64,000 bases of DNA from an uncultured Candidatus Saccharibacteria bacterium (GCA_965231045.1 OZ246406.1:578208-642207); one strand, 5' to 3'; counted from the first letter of the stretch, positions 16,374 to 25,725 are shown. Notes: generated by a model from the sequence alone, not told the origin. Translations and numbers: made by a program.

Positions 16374-17405
16374 TTAAACTCGGTTAATAAGTAACTGTTT
16401 TACTGCCATAGTTGCGTAGCAGCCTGTGGGCAAAAAGAAATCTAACTGAAGTTTAAACTTTCCTCTATGTAGCTCATCAATACTAACTGTACTCGTATAA
16501 ACTTTAGTGCCTATTAAAGACTGCCTAGTCTTCATATAAGTTTCAACCCCCGTTGCTTTGGAGTATTTATATCCTTGAATATTAATAAATGGAGTGACTG
16601 CAGTTTTATAATTTTGTAGCACAGGGAGTCTATACCCATCAAAAATATCAACCATTTTGGTGTTTTTAATAGATGCTAAAGATTGAGCCACTATTTCGTT
16701 CCATAAGTAGCTAGTATAGGCTGAAATAAAGAAATCAATCTTTTTAGGATTTAGTCTACTGAAAATATCATTAGTTATAGAGTCTTTGTTATATCCGTCG
16801 ATTTTTGCATTACCGCTTTCTATATAGAATTTCAGCGCTTTCTCTTTATCATCCAATACAATGGCTTCACCAATTTTCTGTGATACAAAAGGACCTCCTG
16901 GTAAACCAAATCTCTGCTGGTCATAATAATTTACAAATATATGCTCACTATTATTACTAATTGATTTAAAAAGCTTGTTTGCTTCGCTTTCAGTAAGCCC
17001 GCGTAGTGTTACCCCAAAAATATTGCCATGAAGCTTTTTTTCTTCTAAGGGTTTTTTGGAATAACCATGAAGTCTAAATCTTATGTACCTATCTTTACTA
17101 TTGTGTAATTTATTAAGCTGATCTAAATCACTTTGTTGAAGTGTCTTTTTTGCAGACATGTACTGCTTAGTGATACCATCTTCATCTTTAAGACCAAGGC
17201 AGTTAATATAGTCTCTGCTAATACCTAGATTTACAGCTAATATATCGATGACTTCGAAGGTCGTAAAACTGCTTTTTTCTACTTGGATAATTGTGTATGG
17301 GAAGCTTTTTGGTTGCGTCTGAATATCTGTCGGCAAACTTGGGACTTCATCAACTATAAAGTCTGAATTTAGTTCCTTAATTGAAATGTCTTTATAGATT
17401 TTCAT
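16374..17405 (-). CDS. truD: TruD-family pseudouridine synthase-like protein
   Basis: GLKDEDGITKQ (catalytic Asp region), NYYDQQRFG and FFLPTGCYATMAVKQLLIN align with E. coli TruD motifs. The gene is AT-richer than its neighbours. Confidence 0.8.
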   Translation of the reverse strand: MKIYKDISIKELNSDFIVDEVPSLPTDIQTQPKSFPYTIIQVEKSSFTTFEVIDILAVNLGISRDYINCLGLKDEDGITKQYMSAKKTLQQSDLDQLNKLHNSKDRYIRFRLHGYSKKPLEEKKLHGNIFGVTLRGLTESEANKLFKSISNNSEHIFVNYYDQQRFGLPGGPFVSQKIGEAIVLDDKEKALKFYIESGNAKIDGYNKDSITNDIFSRLNPKKIDFFISAYTSYLWNEIVAQSLASIKNTKMVDIFDGYRLPVLQNYKTAVTPFINIQGYKYSKATGVETYMKTRQSLIGTKVYTSTVSIDELHRGKFKLQLDFFLPTGCYATMAVKQLLINRV

Positions 17406-17595
17406 GCTATCCTCAGAATATAATTTGACTGGGTGGCGTCATTTTAAAATGCTTTGGTCTATGTTTCGTATAAACCCGAGGCTATAAAATACTCATTGCC
17501 ACACGCAGTCAAATTAAGTGGATTATTATAGTACTCTCCTTGAAGTAATTCAATAACTTATTTTGAATATTGGTATTTTATGATATAACAAGTCC

Positions 17596-17934
17596 ATGGG
17601 ACCCAAGAAACTAGATAGAGACTTTAAAACCGTCAAGGTAACTTGTAATGAAGGTCACGAAGTAGCAAGATATCGTAAGCCCAAAGCCGAATGGGGGCAT
17701 AGAACCCATAAACTGTGGCTTGTTCAAGAACGGATAGGAAGGCTTTCGACTGAGCCACCAATACTAGTTGAAGACGAAAAAACACATGAAGAGTTTTTAG
17801 ATATTCCTGAAGTTGATACGCCCATCTTCTGTGGAGACAAAAATTGTGGGTTGCAAGTTGGTACCATTGCTATGATTAAGGGAACTGTTGCCTTGGAGTT
17901 AGCTGAGCAAAACCTAAAACCGACTAAAGGCTAA
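17596..17934 (+). CDS. Hypothetical 112-aa protein with Cys/His pairs (possible zinc binding)
   Basis: Contains C17-x3-H and C79-x4-C. Its 3' end overlaps the convergent PreA-like gene by 4 nt. Confidence 0.5.
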   Translation: MGPKKLDRDFKTVKVTCNEGHEVARYRKPKAEWGHRTHKLWLVQERIGRLSTEPPILVEDEKTHEEFLDIPEVDTPIFCGDKNCGLQVGTIAMIKGTVALELAEQNLKPTKG

Positions 17935-19160
17935 TCACCGTTAGGTAGTTTAATCGCCCCTTCAACTGGGCAAACTGCAACACAGAGCCCACAACCGACA
18001 CAAGCCTCGCCGATTATTTTCACAATATGACCGTTTCGATTACTACTCGTTTCTGTTTCAAAAGCTTCTGGCAGGCAGGAAGGAACACACCTATCACAAC
18101 CAGTGCATATATTCTCATCTATGATAGGAATTTGTGGCTCAAGTTCTGTCGGCTGGTTCATAATATCTAAGGCCTGGCCTTGAGCTTCTTTGATACTGCC
18201 GATATTATGGTCACTCATGTAAGAAACAAGTGACTTAGTAAGTGTAGTTAGTGCTTCAGGTGCATTTGTCCCTCTGTCATGAAGATAAGAGTAAACCTGC
18301 ACAAGACTTGCCCCGGCATAGATCATTTTCATCGCCCGTTCGGCAGTTGTCACCCCTCCACTTGCTATAACGGGCAAACCTACTTCATTGCTAATAAGCG
18401 CAACGTCCGTAAGTGCAATGTGAAACAATGAGCTTCCAGACAAACCGCCACGTGCGCCTTCAACACCAAGAACACGCTCGGGTCTACCTTGCTTGTTAAT
18501 CTCAAAATCGAACACAGGGCCAAGAGTATTAACTGCAACAATACCGTCAGCTCCAGACTCCTTAGCGATTTCACTCAAATGAACAATATAATCTGAATGA
18601 CCAAGTTTTAAAGCTACGGGTGTTTGTACCCCCGCTTCTTTTATTGATCCAACAAGTTGCTTAAGGTGTTCTTCATCTCGTGTAATATAACCGATAACAC
18701 CGTTGGTCACACCACATCCGACATTTATTTCAATGTACGGAAAACTATAATCATCCACCTCTTTACAGACCTGCACACAACCATCAATATCTCTCCCAGA
18801 AACAGCCATAACTACTCTATCCGTTTTACTCAATTCTTCTAGGTAGGGGCGCCAATAGCTAATATCTGAACCAGTCCATTCAGCATTTAACATGTTTACA
18901 TTTGAGCGAGCACCCACCTGGTAAAGATGCGGGGAAGGATGAACCGACCTTTCCATGACTAGACGAGTCGTCCGTGGAACCACTGCACCTGCACCTGCAT
19001 CAATAAATGGCTGGACAGATTCTACCTGCTCAATAAGCGTTCCTGAAGCAACAACCAATGGCGATCGATAAGTCTTCCCAAATACCTCAGTTTCCAAACC
19101 CATTGAGGGGTCAATATTACCAAGCAGCTCATTTCCTGATTCAATACTAATATTGGGCAT
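17931..19160 (-). CDS. Dihydroorotate/dihydropyrimidine dehydrogenase-family flavoprotein with C-terminal 2x[4Fe-4S] ferredoxin domain (PreA-like)
   Basis: DHODH-like motifs are PLVVASG, IEINVGCGV, AVNTLGP, GGLSGSS, IASGGV and GASLVQV. The C-terminus carries CTGCDRCVPSC and CVGCGLCVAVCP. Confidence 0.8.
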   Translation of the reverse strand: MPNISIESGNELLGNIDPSMGLETEVFGKTYRSPLVVASGTLIEQVESVQPFIDAGAGAVVPRTTRLVMERSVHPSPHLYQVGARSNVNMLNAEWTGSDISYWRPYLEELSKTDRVVMAVSGRDIDGCVQVCKEVDDYSFPYIEINVGCGVTNGVIGYITRDEEHLKQLVGSIKEAGVQTPVALKLGHSDYIVHLSEIAKESGADGIVAVNTLGPVFDFEINKQGRPERVLGVEGARGGLSGSSLFHIALTDVALISNEVGLPVIASGGVTTAERAMKMIYAGASLVQVYSYLHDRGTNAPEALTTLTKSLVSYMSDHNIGSIKEAQGQALDIMNQPTELEPQIPIIDENICTGCDRCVPSCLPEAFETETSSNRNGHIVKIIGEACVGCGLCVAVCPVEGAIKLPNGD

Positions 19161-19746
19161 AGAAATCCTCCGCTAGTGACACGATTTCTTCAACTTGTTG
19201 ATCACGTACCGCACGGTTAACATCAAATACTTCATCTACAATACCTTTTTCATATGCACGGGTTACTTCATCAATTTCTGTCATCGCCAAATCTAGACGT
19301 AAGCTAACATTATCAGTACCAGAAGCTTCCCTATCCAATAAGTTCAGCTCAAGCGTTTCACGTGCAGCGGTTAGGCCAATAATGATTGATGGGCGCGTAA
19401 TAACTAAATCGGAGTATTTCTCAATTATTGAGGAATGAACCTCAACAAGTTGATCTCGGGTAGGAGCAAAAGTATCCCCAACAAATCCATATAGCGGACT
19501 TCTCTTTTCGCGAAATGGCCTGTGTGGCAGTACGATGTTGCCGGATCCGACTCTGTCCCAAAACTCACCTAAAGGCACGCCTGATTCTCTTGAAGCTGCC
19601 TCGCCCACTCGTATAGGACGTGTGGTTACCACAATAGGCTCACTAAGTATCAAGGGAGCTAATCTATCTTTGATGCGATCCTTAATGTGTTCTTTGCCTA
19701 CACCTGAAGGCCCGCATAGGGCAACAATGGGTCTGACTTCACTCAT
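19147..19746 (-). CDS. Guanylate-kinase-like P-loop protein (atypical Walker A GPSGVGKE)
   Basis: GPSGVGK plus a TTRPIRVGE segment resembles Gmk. It overlaps the downstream PreA-like gene by 14 nt. Confidence 0.6.
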   Translation of the reverse strand: MSEVRPIVALCGPSGVGKEHIKDRIKDRLAPLILSEPIVVTTRPIRVGEAASRESGVPLGEFWDRVGSGNIVLPHRPFREKRSPLYGFVGDTFAPTRDQLVEVHSSIIEKYSDLVITRPSIIIGLTAARETLELNLLDREASGTDNVSLRLDLAMTEIDEVTRAYEKGIVDEVFDVNRAVRDQQVEEIVSLAEDFYAQY

Positions 19747-19813
19747 GTTTGCGAACTATACAATATAAGTTCAATTTTTACAATATATATTATCTCCGTG
19801 TTACTATGCTTGC

Positions 19814-20443
19814 ATGGTTATTCAATTCAAGGCTAACGACGCCCGGGGAACCCAACAATATTGTATACATTGTCAATTACCTGGCGTTATTGTCACTAAT
19901 GCCGAAGGTGGACAAGAACTATTTAGATGCACAAACTGCGGTAAAGAAAGTCAGCGAGCTATAATTATCGACCCTTCGGTCAAATGGTGGATAGATGATA
20001 AAAAAATATACTGGCATCAATCAGTTGGGGCAATTCTCATAAACAATGAAGGTAAAATTCTGTTATTTAGACGTACAAAGTTTCCAATTGCTACAGTGTT
20101 CCCGGCAGGGCATATTAATGCTAACGAACAGCCTGAAGAAGCATTTATTAGAGAAGTAAAAGAGGAAACAGGCATTTCATTAAAAAAAGATCAGGCAATT
20201 TTGCTTAATCATGAGGTTATTCATGATGATAGTTGTAGAAGAGGATCCGACGATCATGAATGGTGGATTTACGCCGCCTATGTCAAAAACTCACATGTAC
20301 TAATTGATAAGAGAGAGGGCAAGCACCCTCAGTGGAAATCTCTTGGTGAGATTAATACAACTGACATGCCTCATGCTGCAAAATACATTTTAGAAAAAAA
20401 TTCCTTGGCCATAAAAGAGTTTATAGATAGACAGGAAAACTAA
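19814..20443 (+). CDS. NUDIX hydrolase with N-terminal zinc ribbon
   Basis: CIHC-x18-CTNC is followed by the Nudix box GHINANEQPEEAFIREVKEETGI. Confidence 0.8.
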   Translation: MVIQFKANDARGTQQYCIHCQLPGVIVTNAEGGQELFRCTNCGKESQRAIIIDPSVKWWIDDKKIYWHQSVGAILINNEGKILLFRRTKFPIATVFPAGHINANEQPEEAFIREVKEETGISLKKDQAILLNHEVIHDDSCRRGSDDHEWWIYAAYVKNSHVLIDKREGKHPQWKSLGEINTTDMPHAAKYILEKNSLAIKEFIDRQEN

Positions 20444-20446
20444 AAC

Positions 20447-20478
20447 TTATCTAGACTTTTTGAGGGTTTCGCCCCACC
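20447..20478. repeat. Direct repeat copy 2 (the functional 3' end of the FMN-reductase gene)
   Basis: ttatctagactttttgagggtttcgccccacc encodes ...WGETLKKSR* on the minus strand. Confidence 0.95.
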
Positions 20479-21007
20479 ACTTTAGATTTTCGAGCATTCC
20501 ATCAATATTGCCTTGCACGTATTTTTCTTCCACACTACCATCTTCTTTTAAGGCTTCCCAAGGATGAACAATGCCGACAAAAGTCTTGGACAGGGGCATC
20601 ATGCCAACCTTAGCGGCAACATCAACTAATTGCTCAACAGCGCGAGTCGCACCATAGGTGCCATAGCCAACAAAAGCCACGGGCTTTCTATCCCACTCAT
20701 GATAAACGCTATCAATCGCGTTCTTAAGTGGCGCCGGAATACCGTTATTATACTCAGCTGTTATAAAAACAAACCCATCTAATTCATTAACCTTTTTACT
20801 CCAAGCTATTGTCTCCTCTTGCGTGTAATGTCCGGATGACGGTGATTCAGGCTCGCTTAAGAAAGGTAAGTCGATTTCTTTGAGATCAAGCAATTCAAAT
20901 TCTAGATCAGGATTGTTTGAAACTTGGTTCATAAACCAATCGGCAATTTTACGGCCCGATCGGGTAGGGCGGGTAGTGCTAACAACGACACCAATTTTTA
21001 GACTCAC
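20447..21007 (-). CDS. NAD(P)H-dependent FMN reductase family oxidoreductase
   Basis: The flavodoxin-like N-terminus IGVVVSTTRPTRSGRKIADW and a 186-aa length are typical of the family. It uses a GTG start. Confidence 0.75.
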   Translation of the reverse strand: MSLKIGVVVSTTRPTRSGRKIADWFMNQVSNNPDLEFELLDLKEIDLPFLSEPESPSSGHYTQEETIAWSKKVNELDGFVFITAEYNNGIPAPLKNAIDSVYHEWDRKPVAFVGYGTYGATRAVEQLVDVAAKVGMMPLSKTFVGIVHPWEALKEDGSVEEKYVQGNIDGMLENLKWWGETLKKSR

Positions 21008-21047
21008 GGTAGGTTCCTTTCATAATTTTTATCAATCACTACACATT

Positions 21048-21066
21048 GTATAGTTACTAACTATAC
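21048..21066. promoter_or_regulatory. Perfect 19-bp palindrome GTATAGTTA-C-TAACTATAC, candidate HxlR operator
   Basis: It sits in the divergent intergenic region between the FMN reductase and the HxlR-family regulator. Confidence 0.55.
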
Positions 21067-21099
21067 TTTGTAAAGCATATTTGTTATGATTCTAATAAC

Positions 21100-21414
21100 A
21101 TGCCCACCAAATCTATTTCAAAACCTGGCTGTATAGAATGTACATTATCTATAATTGGTGATAAATGGACCCCTCTTATTGTTCGTGATTTGACCGTATC
21201 CGGCTCATCGTTTTGCCAGCTCGAGAAATCTCTTGTTGGTATCAGCCCACGAACTCTTAGTCAGCGACTAAATAAACTAGAGGATGAAAAAATCGTTACC
21301 AAAAGCCTGTACTGTGAACACCCACCGCGCTACCGTTATGAACTCACCAAAAAAGGCAAAGAGCTTCAGGCCGTCCTAACTCAAATGGCAAACTGGGGCG
21401 AACGCTATTCTTGA
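21100..21414 (+). CDS. HxlR-family winged-helix transcriptional regulator
   Basis: IIGDKWTPLIVRDL and RTLSQRLNKLEDEKIV are typical of HxlR/MarR-like regulators. Confidence 0.8.
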   Translation: MPTKSISKPGCIECTLSIIGDKWTPLIVRDLTVSGSSFCQLEKSLVGISPRTLSQRLNKLEDEKIVTKSLYCEHPPRYRYELTKKGKELQAVLTQMANWGERYS

Positions 21415-22361
21415 GCCAGAAGTGTAAGTAGTTCGTCAATTGAATCGGCATGCATTAGCTTGTCTCGAAGTTCTTTGGCGCCATCAAAGCCTTGGATGTA
21501 GATCTTACAAAACTTATTAAGGGTTGGTAGACGACGTTCGTTATTTGGCCAAGTTTTGGCAAAAAGCTTAACGTGTTTAGCATACAGTTCTCTACGCTCC
21601 TTTTCACCCATATTCGCCCACGGGCTTTTTTTGGCAAAAACAAATGGATCATGAAAGACCCCTCGGCCAATCATGATCCCATCAAGATTGTATTGTTTTG
21701 CAAGTTCTAGGCCTTGCTGACGAGAATCAACATCGCCATTGCCAACAATCAAGGTGGTGGGGGAGAGTTTATCGCGCATCTCGCGTATTTGTCCAATTGC
21801 ATCCCAATGTGCTGGAACTTTGGACATCTCTTTGACAGTACGCCCATGAATAGTTAACATGTTAAGTTTATATCTCATTAAAAATTCTGGCCAACTATAG
21901 TCAATTTGTTTTGTCCCAAGTCGCGTTTTTACACTAATAGGGAAGTCCAAGTCCCCTGCCGCTTCCCTAACCGCCTCTATAATCTCCCCTGCTAGACCTC
22001 TGTTATCAATTAAGGCTGAGCAAACGCCATTTTGGACTACATTTCGCACTGGACACCCCATATTAATATCTACCCCAGCAAAACCCATTTTTATAAGTTC
22101 TTTGGTGGTTTTGTAATAATTTTCGGGGTTTTTACCCCATATTTGAGCGATTATTGGCTTTTCTTTATCTGTGAATTGCAATTTCTTGAGTAGTTTTGGG
22201 CGACCAGGACTTTGTAAGCCATCAACATTCACAAATTCTGTGAAATACATATCCGGGGAGGCACAATCTGCCACAATTTGACGGAAAACTGTGTCAGTCA
22301 CATCGTCCATCGGTGCTAAAACAAAAAATGGTTTTGGTAATTTATCTAAAACACTACTCAC
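21405..22361 (-). CDS. dus: tRNA-dihydrouridine synthase
   Basis: Contains LAPMDDVTD, NMGCP, a TIHGRT-type TIM-barrel FMN enzyme signature, and IGNGD. Confidence 0.85.
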   Translation of the reverse strand: MSSVLDKLPKPFFVLAPMDDVTDTVFRQIVADCASPDMYFTEFVNVDGLQSPGRPKLLKKLQFTDKEKPIIAQIWGKNPENYYKTTKELIKMGFAGVDINMGCPVRNVVQNGVCSALIDNRGLAGEIIEAVREAAGDLDFPISVKTRLGTKQIDYSWPEFLMRYKLNMLTIHGRTVKEMSKVPAHWDAIGQIREMRDKLSPTTLIVGNGDVDSRQQGLELAKQYNLDGIMIGRGVFHDPFVFAKKSPWANMGEKERRELYAKHVKLFAKTWPNNERRLPTLNKFCKIYIQGFDGAKELRDKLMHADSIDELLTLLAQE

Positions 22362-22402
22362 AAAAAGAGCTCACACTTAGTTTTATTTTAAGAAATTATA
22401 GT

Positions 22403-22780
22403 TTATTCAAACAATTTTGCTTGATCACCAGGCTCAACGGCTGGATATTGAGGCTCAGCAACTGGCTCGACTTCAACAGCAGTATCAACTGCAGATTGTC
22501 CGTTCTTAAGACCAAACTTTTCAACACGAATCGCATGTAATGCATCACGGCTGGCGTCTAGGGTTTCTCGTGGTACAGTTTCAATACCAGCATGACTTGC
22601 CCGCTCAATTTTCTTTCTTTGTTCACCGGCGTCAATTCTATCAGCCTGAGCAAGACCTGCTCTACCTGTTCGTGGTTTATATGGTTTTGGCTTTGGGCGA
22701 TCAAAATCACTATTAGAAGATCCTGGGAAGGTCCCATCGAAATCTCGTTCTAAATCGCGATCTGTTCTAGTGTTTGACAT
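22403..22780 (-). CDS. Hypothetical, probably disordered protein (125 aa)
   Basis: ORF with charged, low-complexity composition. No motif. Confidence 0.4.
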   Translation of the reverse strand: MSNTRTDRDLERDFDGTFPGSSNSDFDRPKPKPYKPRTGRAGLAQADRIDAGEQRKKIERASHAGIETVPRETLDASRDALHAIRVEKFGLKNGQSAVDTAVEVEPVAEPQYPAVEPGDQAKLFE

Positions 22781-22860
22781 AACAGATTGTATTATATCAC
22801 GTTTATGCTAAATTTACAACCTTGAGCGCATTTTTAGAACTTTGTGCGATAATTGAATGA

Positions 22861-23580
22861 ATGAACTTATACATATTTGCCGCTACTAAGCTGTTCGGTG
22901 TTGAGGTGCCCGTTACCTCACTCTTCACCTACGGAGCCAGCGCCTTTGTTATTCTCTTTGCACTACCAAGCTATATATCAACAATTCGCCAACGAGGTAT
23001 ATTCTTAGGGCTTTTGCTGTTGTCACTACTCGGTGTATTCGCTATTGCCTTTGAGACGTTAGCCGTTAAGACCGGGCTACCTTACGGCAAGTATACTTAT
23101 GACACTGTTCTAGGTAATAAAGTATTAGGAGGCGCACCTTGGACTATAGGTATCGCTTACCCAGTTTTGCTACTTGGAGCATTCTGGTTAGCTAGTAAAA
23201 TATACCGAGGCTTCTTGCGCCCATTCCTGACAGCCGCATTCACCGCTGCAACAACAGTCGTGCTAGACTCTGCGGCCGTAAAATTACAACTCTGGAAATG
23301 GGAAACACCTGGACATTTTTATGGTGTTCCGCTTACCCACTTTATAGGCTGGGCCGTAGCCGGACTGGCTGGAGCTTGGTTTATACAAATGTTTTGGGGT
23401 GATCGTGATGTTAAGCGTGGACTAGCTTACAGCGGTTTATTAATGATGGTCTTCTGGACAGGTGTAAACCTAGGTATTAATCAATTTGTTCCAGCAGCTG
23501 CTGGTGCAGCAATCAGCATAGTTATGATCGCGCTCATGATTCTCGAAAAAAGATCGTCGAAAAAAGACAAAGAAGATTAA
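22861..23580 (+). CDS. Polytopic membrane protein (possibly DUF422/carotenoid-biosynthesis-protein-like)
   Basis: 239 aa with about 7 TM segments. It has a GLPYGKYTY segment; the family assignment is from memory only. Confidence 0.45.
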   Translation: MNLYIFAATKLFGVEVPVTSLFTYGASAFVILFALPSYISTIRQRGIFLGLLLLSLLGVFAIAFETLAVKTGLPYGKYTYDTVLGNKVLGGAPWTIGIAYPVLLLGAFWLASKIYRGFLRPFLTAAFTAATTVVLDSAAVKLQLWKWETPGHFYGVPLTHFIGWAVAGLAGAWFIQMFWGDRDVKRGLAYSGLLMMVFWTGVNLGINQFVPAAAGAAISIVMIALMILEKRSSKKDKED

Positions 23581-24696
23581 CTATTCCCAGCGGAAAACTC
23601 GAAACGCAATAACGTAAACGATTATCATCCAAATAAATATCAGAGCAAGTTGTGGCCCCAGTTGAGTAAGATGCTTGCCTTCCGTAGCAATCAACCGAAT
23701 ACCATCAATAACTGGCGTCAGTGGCAAAAAGTTTGAGACACTTTGTAACCATTGTGGCATCAAAAATCTTGGGAAAAAGGTGCCTGATAGAAACATCATC
23801 GGGAAAACAACCAAGTTCGCCAGCGGAGCAGACTGACGCTCGTTTTTAGCCCAACCACCGATGGCTAGACCTATACCTAAAATCATAGTGATACCGAGGA
23901 CAATAAAAATTACCAGTTCAATGTAATTTCCAACAACCTTTAAGTGAAATACCGTCATCGCTACTATAAACATCAAAGCAATCGCCATTAGACCCACAAC
24001 TGCTTGAGAAAGCATATTGGCCGTGAAATACTGCCAAACCTTCAACGGAGTAGTATGTAGTCGACGTAGAACGCCTTGCTTCTTTAACTCAGGGAAAACA
24101 TTAACTGGACCAAAAATACCCATACCAATAATGCTAAAACCAAGTAGTCCAGCAAATACATAATCAAATTGGGTTAAGGCTTTAGTACTACTTTGCTCGG
24201 CGGTCACGCTAAATGGCGTAACAATAGTCACAAACTTAGCATTTATAGAATTGAATTGCTGTTGCATGATTGAAGCTAAGGCTTGGCCAGCCTGCTGATT
24301 GTTTTGTTTGTAGTATATCTTCGCCTGACCTGATGGATACTGTTGGCCTGGTTGGACATGACCAAAGTCTGTAGGTAGCACGATTGTGGCATCAAGCTGC
24401 CCACGACTCATTTTTTCGTTGGCTTTATCAAGAGTTACTGCCTGATCATCAACTTTTAAGATTTTTTGCTTCTTGGCATCTTCAACATACTGCTTGGCAA
24501 ATTCACTATCACTTTGGTTAATAAGAGCTACCCTAAATGAGGTGTCATTACTCTTGCCGAATATACCTCCAAAAACAAACAAAAAGATTAATGGGAATAG
24601 GAAAATGAAAAATATTGCTGTTTTATCGCGAAAGGCGCGACGGATTGAGATTTTGGCAAAGACTTTAACTGGTAGGAATTGTTTTTTCAGATTCAT
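23581..24696 (-). CDS. ABC-2 type transporter permease
   Basis: An N-terminal TM and a large extracytoplasmic loop precede a 5-TM C-terminal bundle. It is coupled (1-nt overlap) to an ABC ATPase. Confidence 0.75.
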   Translation of the reverse strand: MNLKKQFLPVKVFAKISIRRAFRDKTAIFFIFLFPLIFLFVFGGIFGKSNDTSFRVALINQSDSEFAKQYVEDAKKQKILKVDDQAVTLDKANEKMSRGQLDATIVLPTDFGHVQPGQQYPSGQAKIYYKQNNQQAGQALASIMQQQFNSINAKFVTIVTPFSVTAEQSSTKALTQFDYVFAGLLGFSIIGMGIFGPVNVFPELKKQGVLRRLHTTPLKVWQYFTANMLSQAVVGLMAIALMFIVAMTVFHLKVVGNYIELVIFIVLGITMILGIGLAIGGWAKNERQSAPLANLVVFPMMFLSGTFFPRFLMPQWLQSVSNFLPLTPVIDGIRLIATEGKHLTQLGPQLALIFIWMIIVYVIAFRVFRWE

Positions 24697-25454
24697 TAGT
24701 CTCTCAACTCCTTACCTGTTAAATCAATAAAGACATCTTCAAGATCGGCCTGTTCAACATGCTGCTCTTTTTTAAAGCCTCTTTTGAGTAACTGCTTGAC
24801 CAAGTTCTTTGGCGTATCCATGGCAATAATCTTGCCATTGTCCATAATTGCCACACGATCACATAGTAGCTCAGCTTCTTCCATATAGTGTGTTGTCAGA
24901 ATCACGGTTACGCCTTTATCACGTATGTCTTTAACTAAATCCCATAAATTGCGTCTAGCCTGCGGATCAAGCCCGGTGGTTGGCTCGTCCATAAAGAACA
25001 CAATCGGTTTATGTACGAGTGATGCCACGATGCTAAAACGCTGCTTTTGCCCGCCAGAAAGATTTTCTACGTAAGAGCTGGCTTTGTCTAACAATCCAAC
25101 TTCCTCTAATAAATGTTTGGCGTGTACTTTTTGACCATAAGCCGAAGCTAGTTGTTCAAGCTGTTCTGTAAGCTTTACCTTGTCCATAAATGCTGGGCTT
25201 TGAGGCTGCACACCAATAATGTGCTTAACCTTTTGGGCCTCTTTTGAAACATCAAGACCGTCTACAATGGCTTGACCGCCATCAATAGGACGAAGGGTTT
25301 CGATCATTTCAAGTGTCGTTGTTTTACCAGCACCATTTGGGCCCAAGATTCCAAAAATTTCACCCTTTTGGACTTCAAAGCTAATATCTTTGACGACTGG
25401 TTTGCCGTCATACTCTTTGCGTAATTTAGTAACTATTAGAATTGGTTTGGACAT
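24696..25454 (-). CDS. ABC transporter ATP-binding protein
   Basis: Has Walker A GPNGAGKTT, signature LSGGQKQR and Walker B FFMDEP. Confidence 0.9.
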   Translation of the reverse strand: MSKPILIVTKLRKEYDGKPVVKDISFEVQKGEIFGILGPNGAGKTTTLEMIETLRPIDGGQAIVDGLDVSKEAQKVKHIIGVQPQSPAFMDKVKLTEQLEQLASAYGQKVHAKHLLEEVGLLDKASSYVENLSGGQKQRFSIVASLVHKPIVFFMDEPTTGLDPQARRNLWDLVKDIRDKGVTVILTTHYMEEAELLCDRVAIMDNGKIIAMDTPKNLVKQLLKRGFKKEQHVEQADLEDVFIDLTGKELRD

Positions 25455-25485
25455 ACTCTGTAACTATATCACTTAATATAAAAAG

Positions 25486-25514
25486 AAAAACACCCCATTC
25501 TCAGGGGTGTTTTT
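25486..25514. terminator. Bidirectional intrinsic terminator
   Basis: AAAAACACCCC-attctca-GGGGTGTTTTT. Confidence 0.7.
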
Positions 25515-25530
25515 GGCTTCTCGGGCTTAT

Positions 25531-25725
25531 TTAGCCTTTTTTAACTGTAAGAAAGCCGTTGCGTGGGTTTTCGTTCACGCTGTAGCCATCTGGAAGATCG
25601 CAAGCTTCTGGACGTTGGTCCTTGCTAAAGTAGTAAATTCGCTGTTGCTTGCCGCCACGTAGTGTAACGTCTTTGCTGTTTAGGTAGTATGTAACACCCT
25701 TGCTATTTGTGTGCTTGTAAGCCAT
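25531..25725 (-). CDS. Small hypothetical protein (64 aa from MAYKHTN)
   Basis: ORF with a terminator downstream. The internal ATG is preferred over the long N-terminal extension. Confidence 0.45.
   Translation of the reverse strand: MAYKHTNSKGVTYYLNSKDVTLRGGKQQRIYYFSKDQRPEACDLPDGYSVNENPRNGFLTVKKG

Larger units (their letters stand above)
16362..20446. mobile_element. 4.1-kb five-gene islet bracketed by 32-nt direct repeats (no recombinase gene)
   Basis: The repeats lie 4117 bp apart and enclose exactly the genes 16374..17405, 17596..17934, 17931..19160, 19147..19746 and 19814..20443. Confidence 0.6.
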
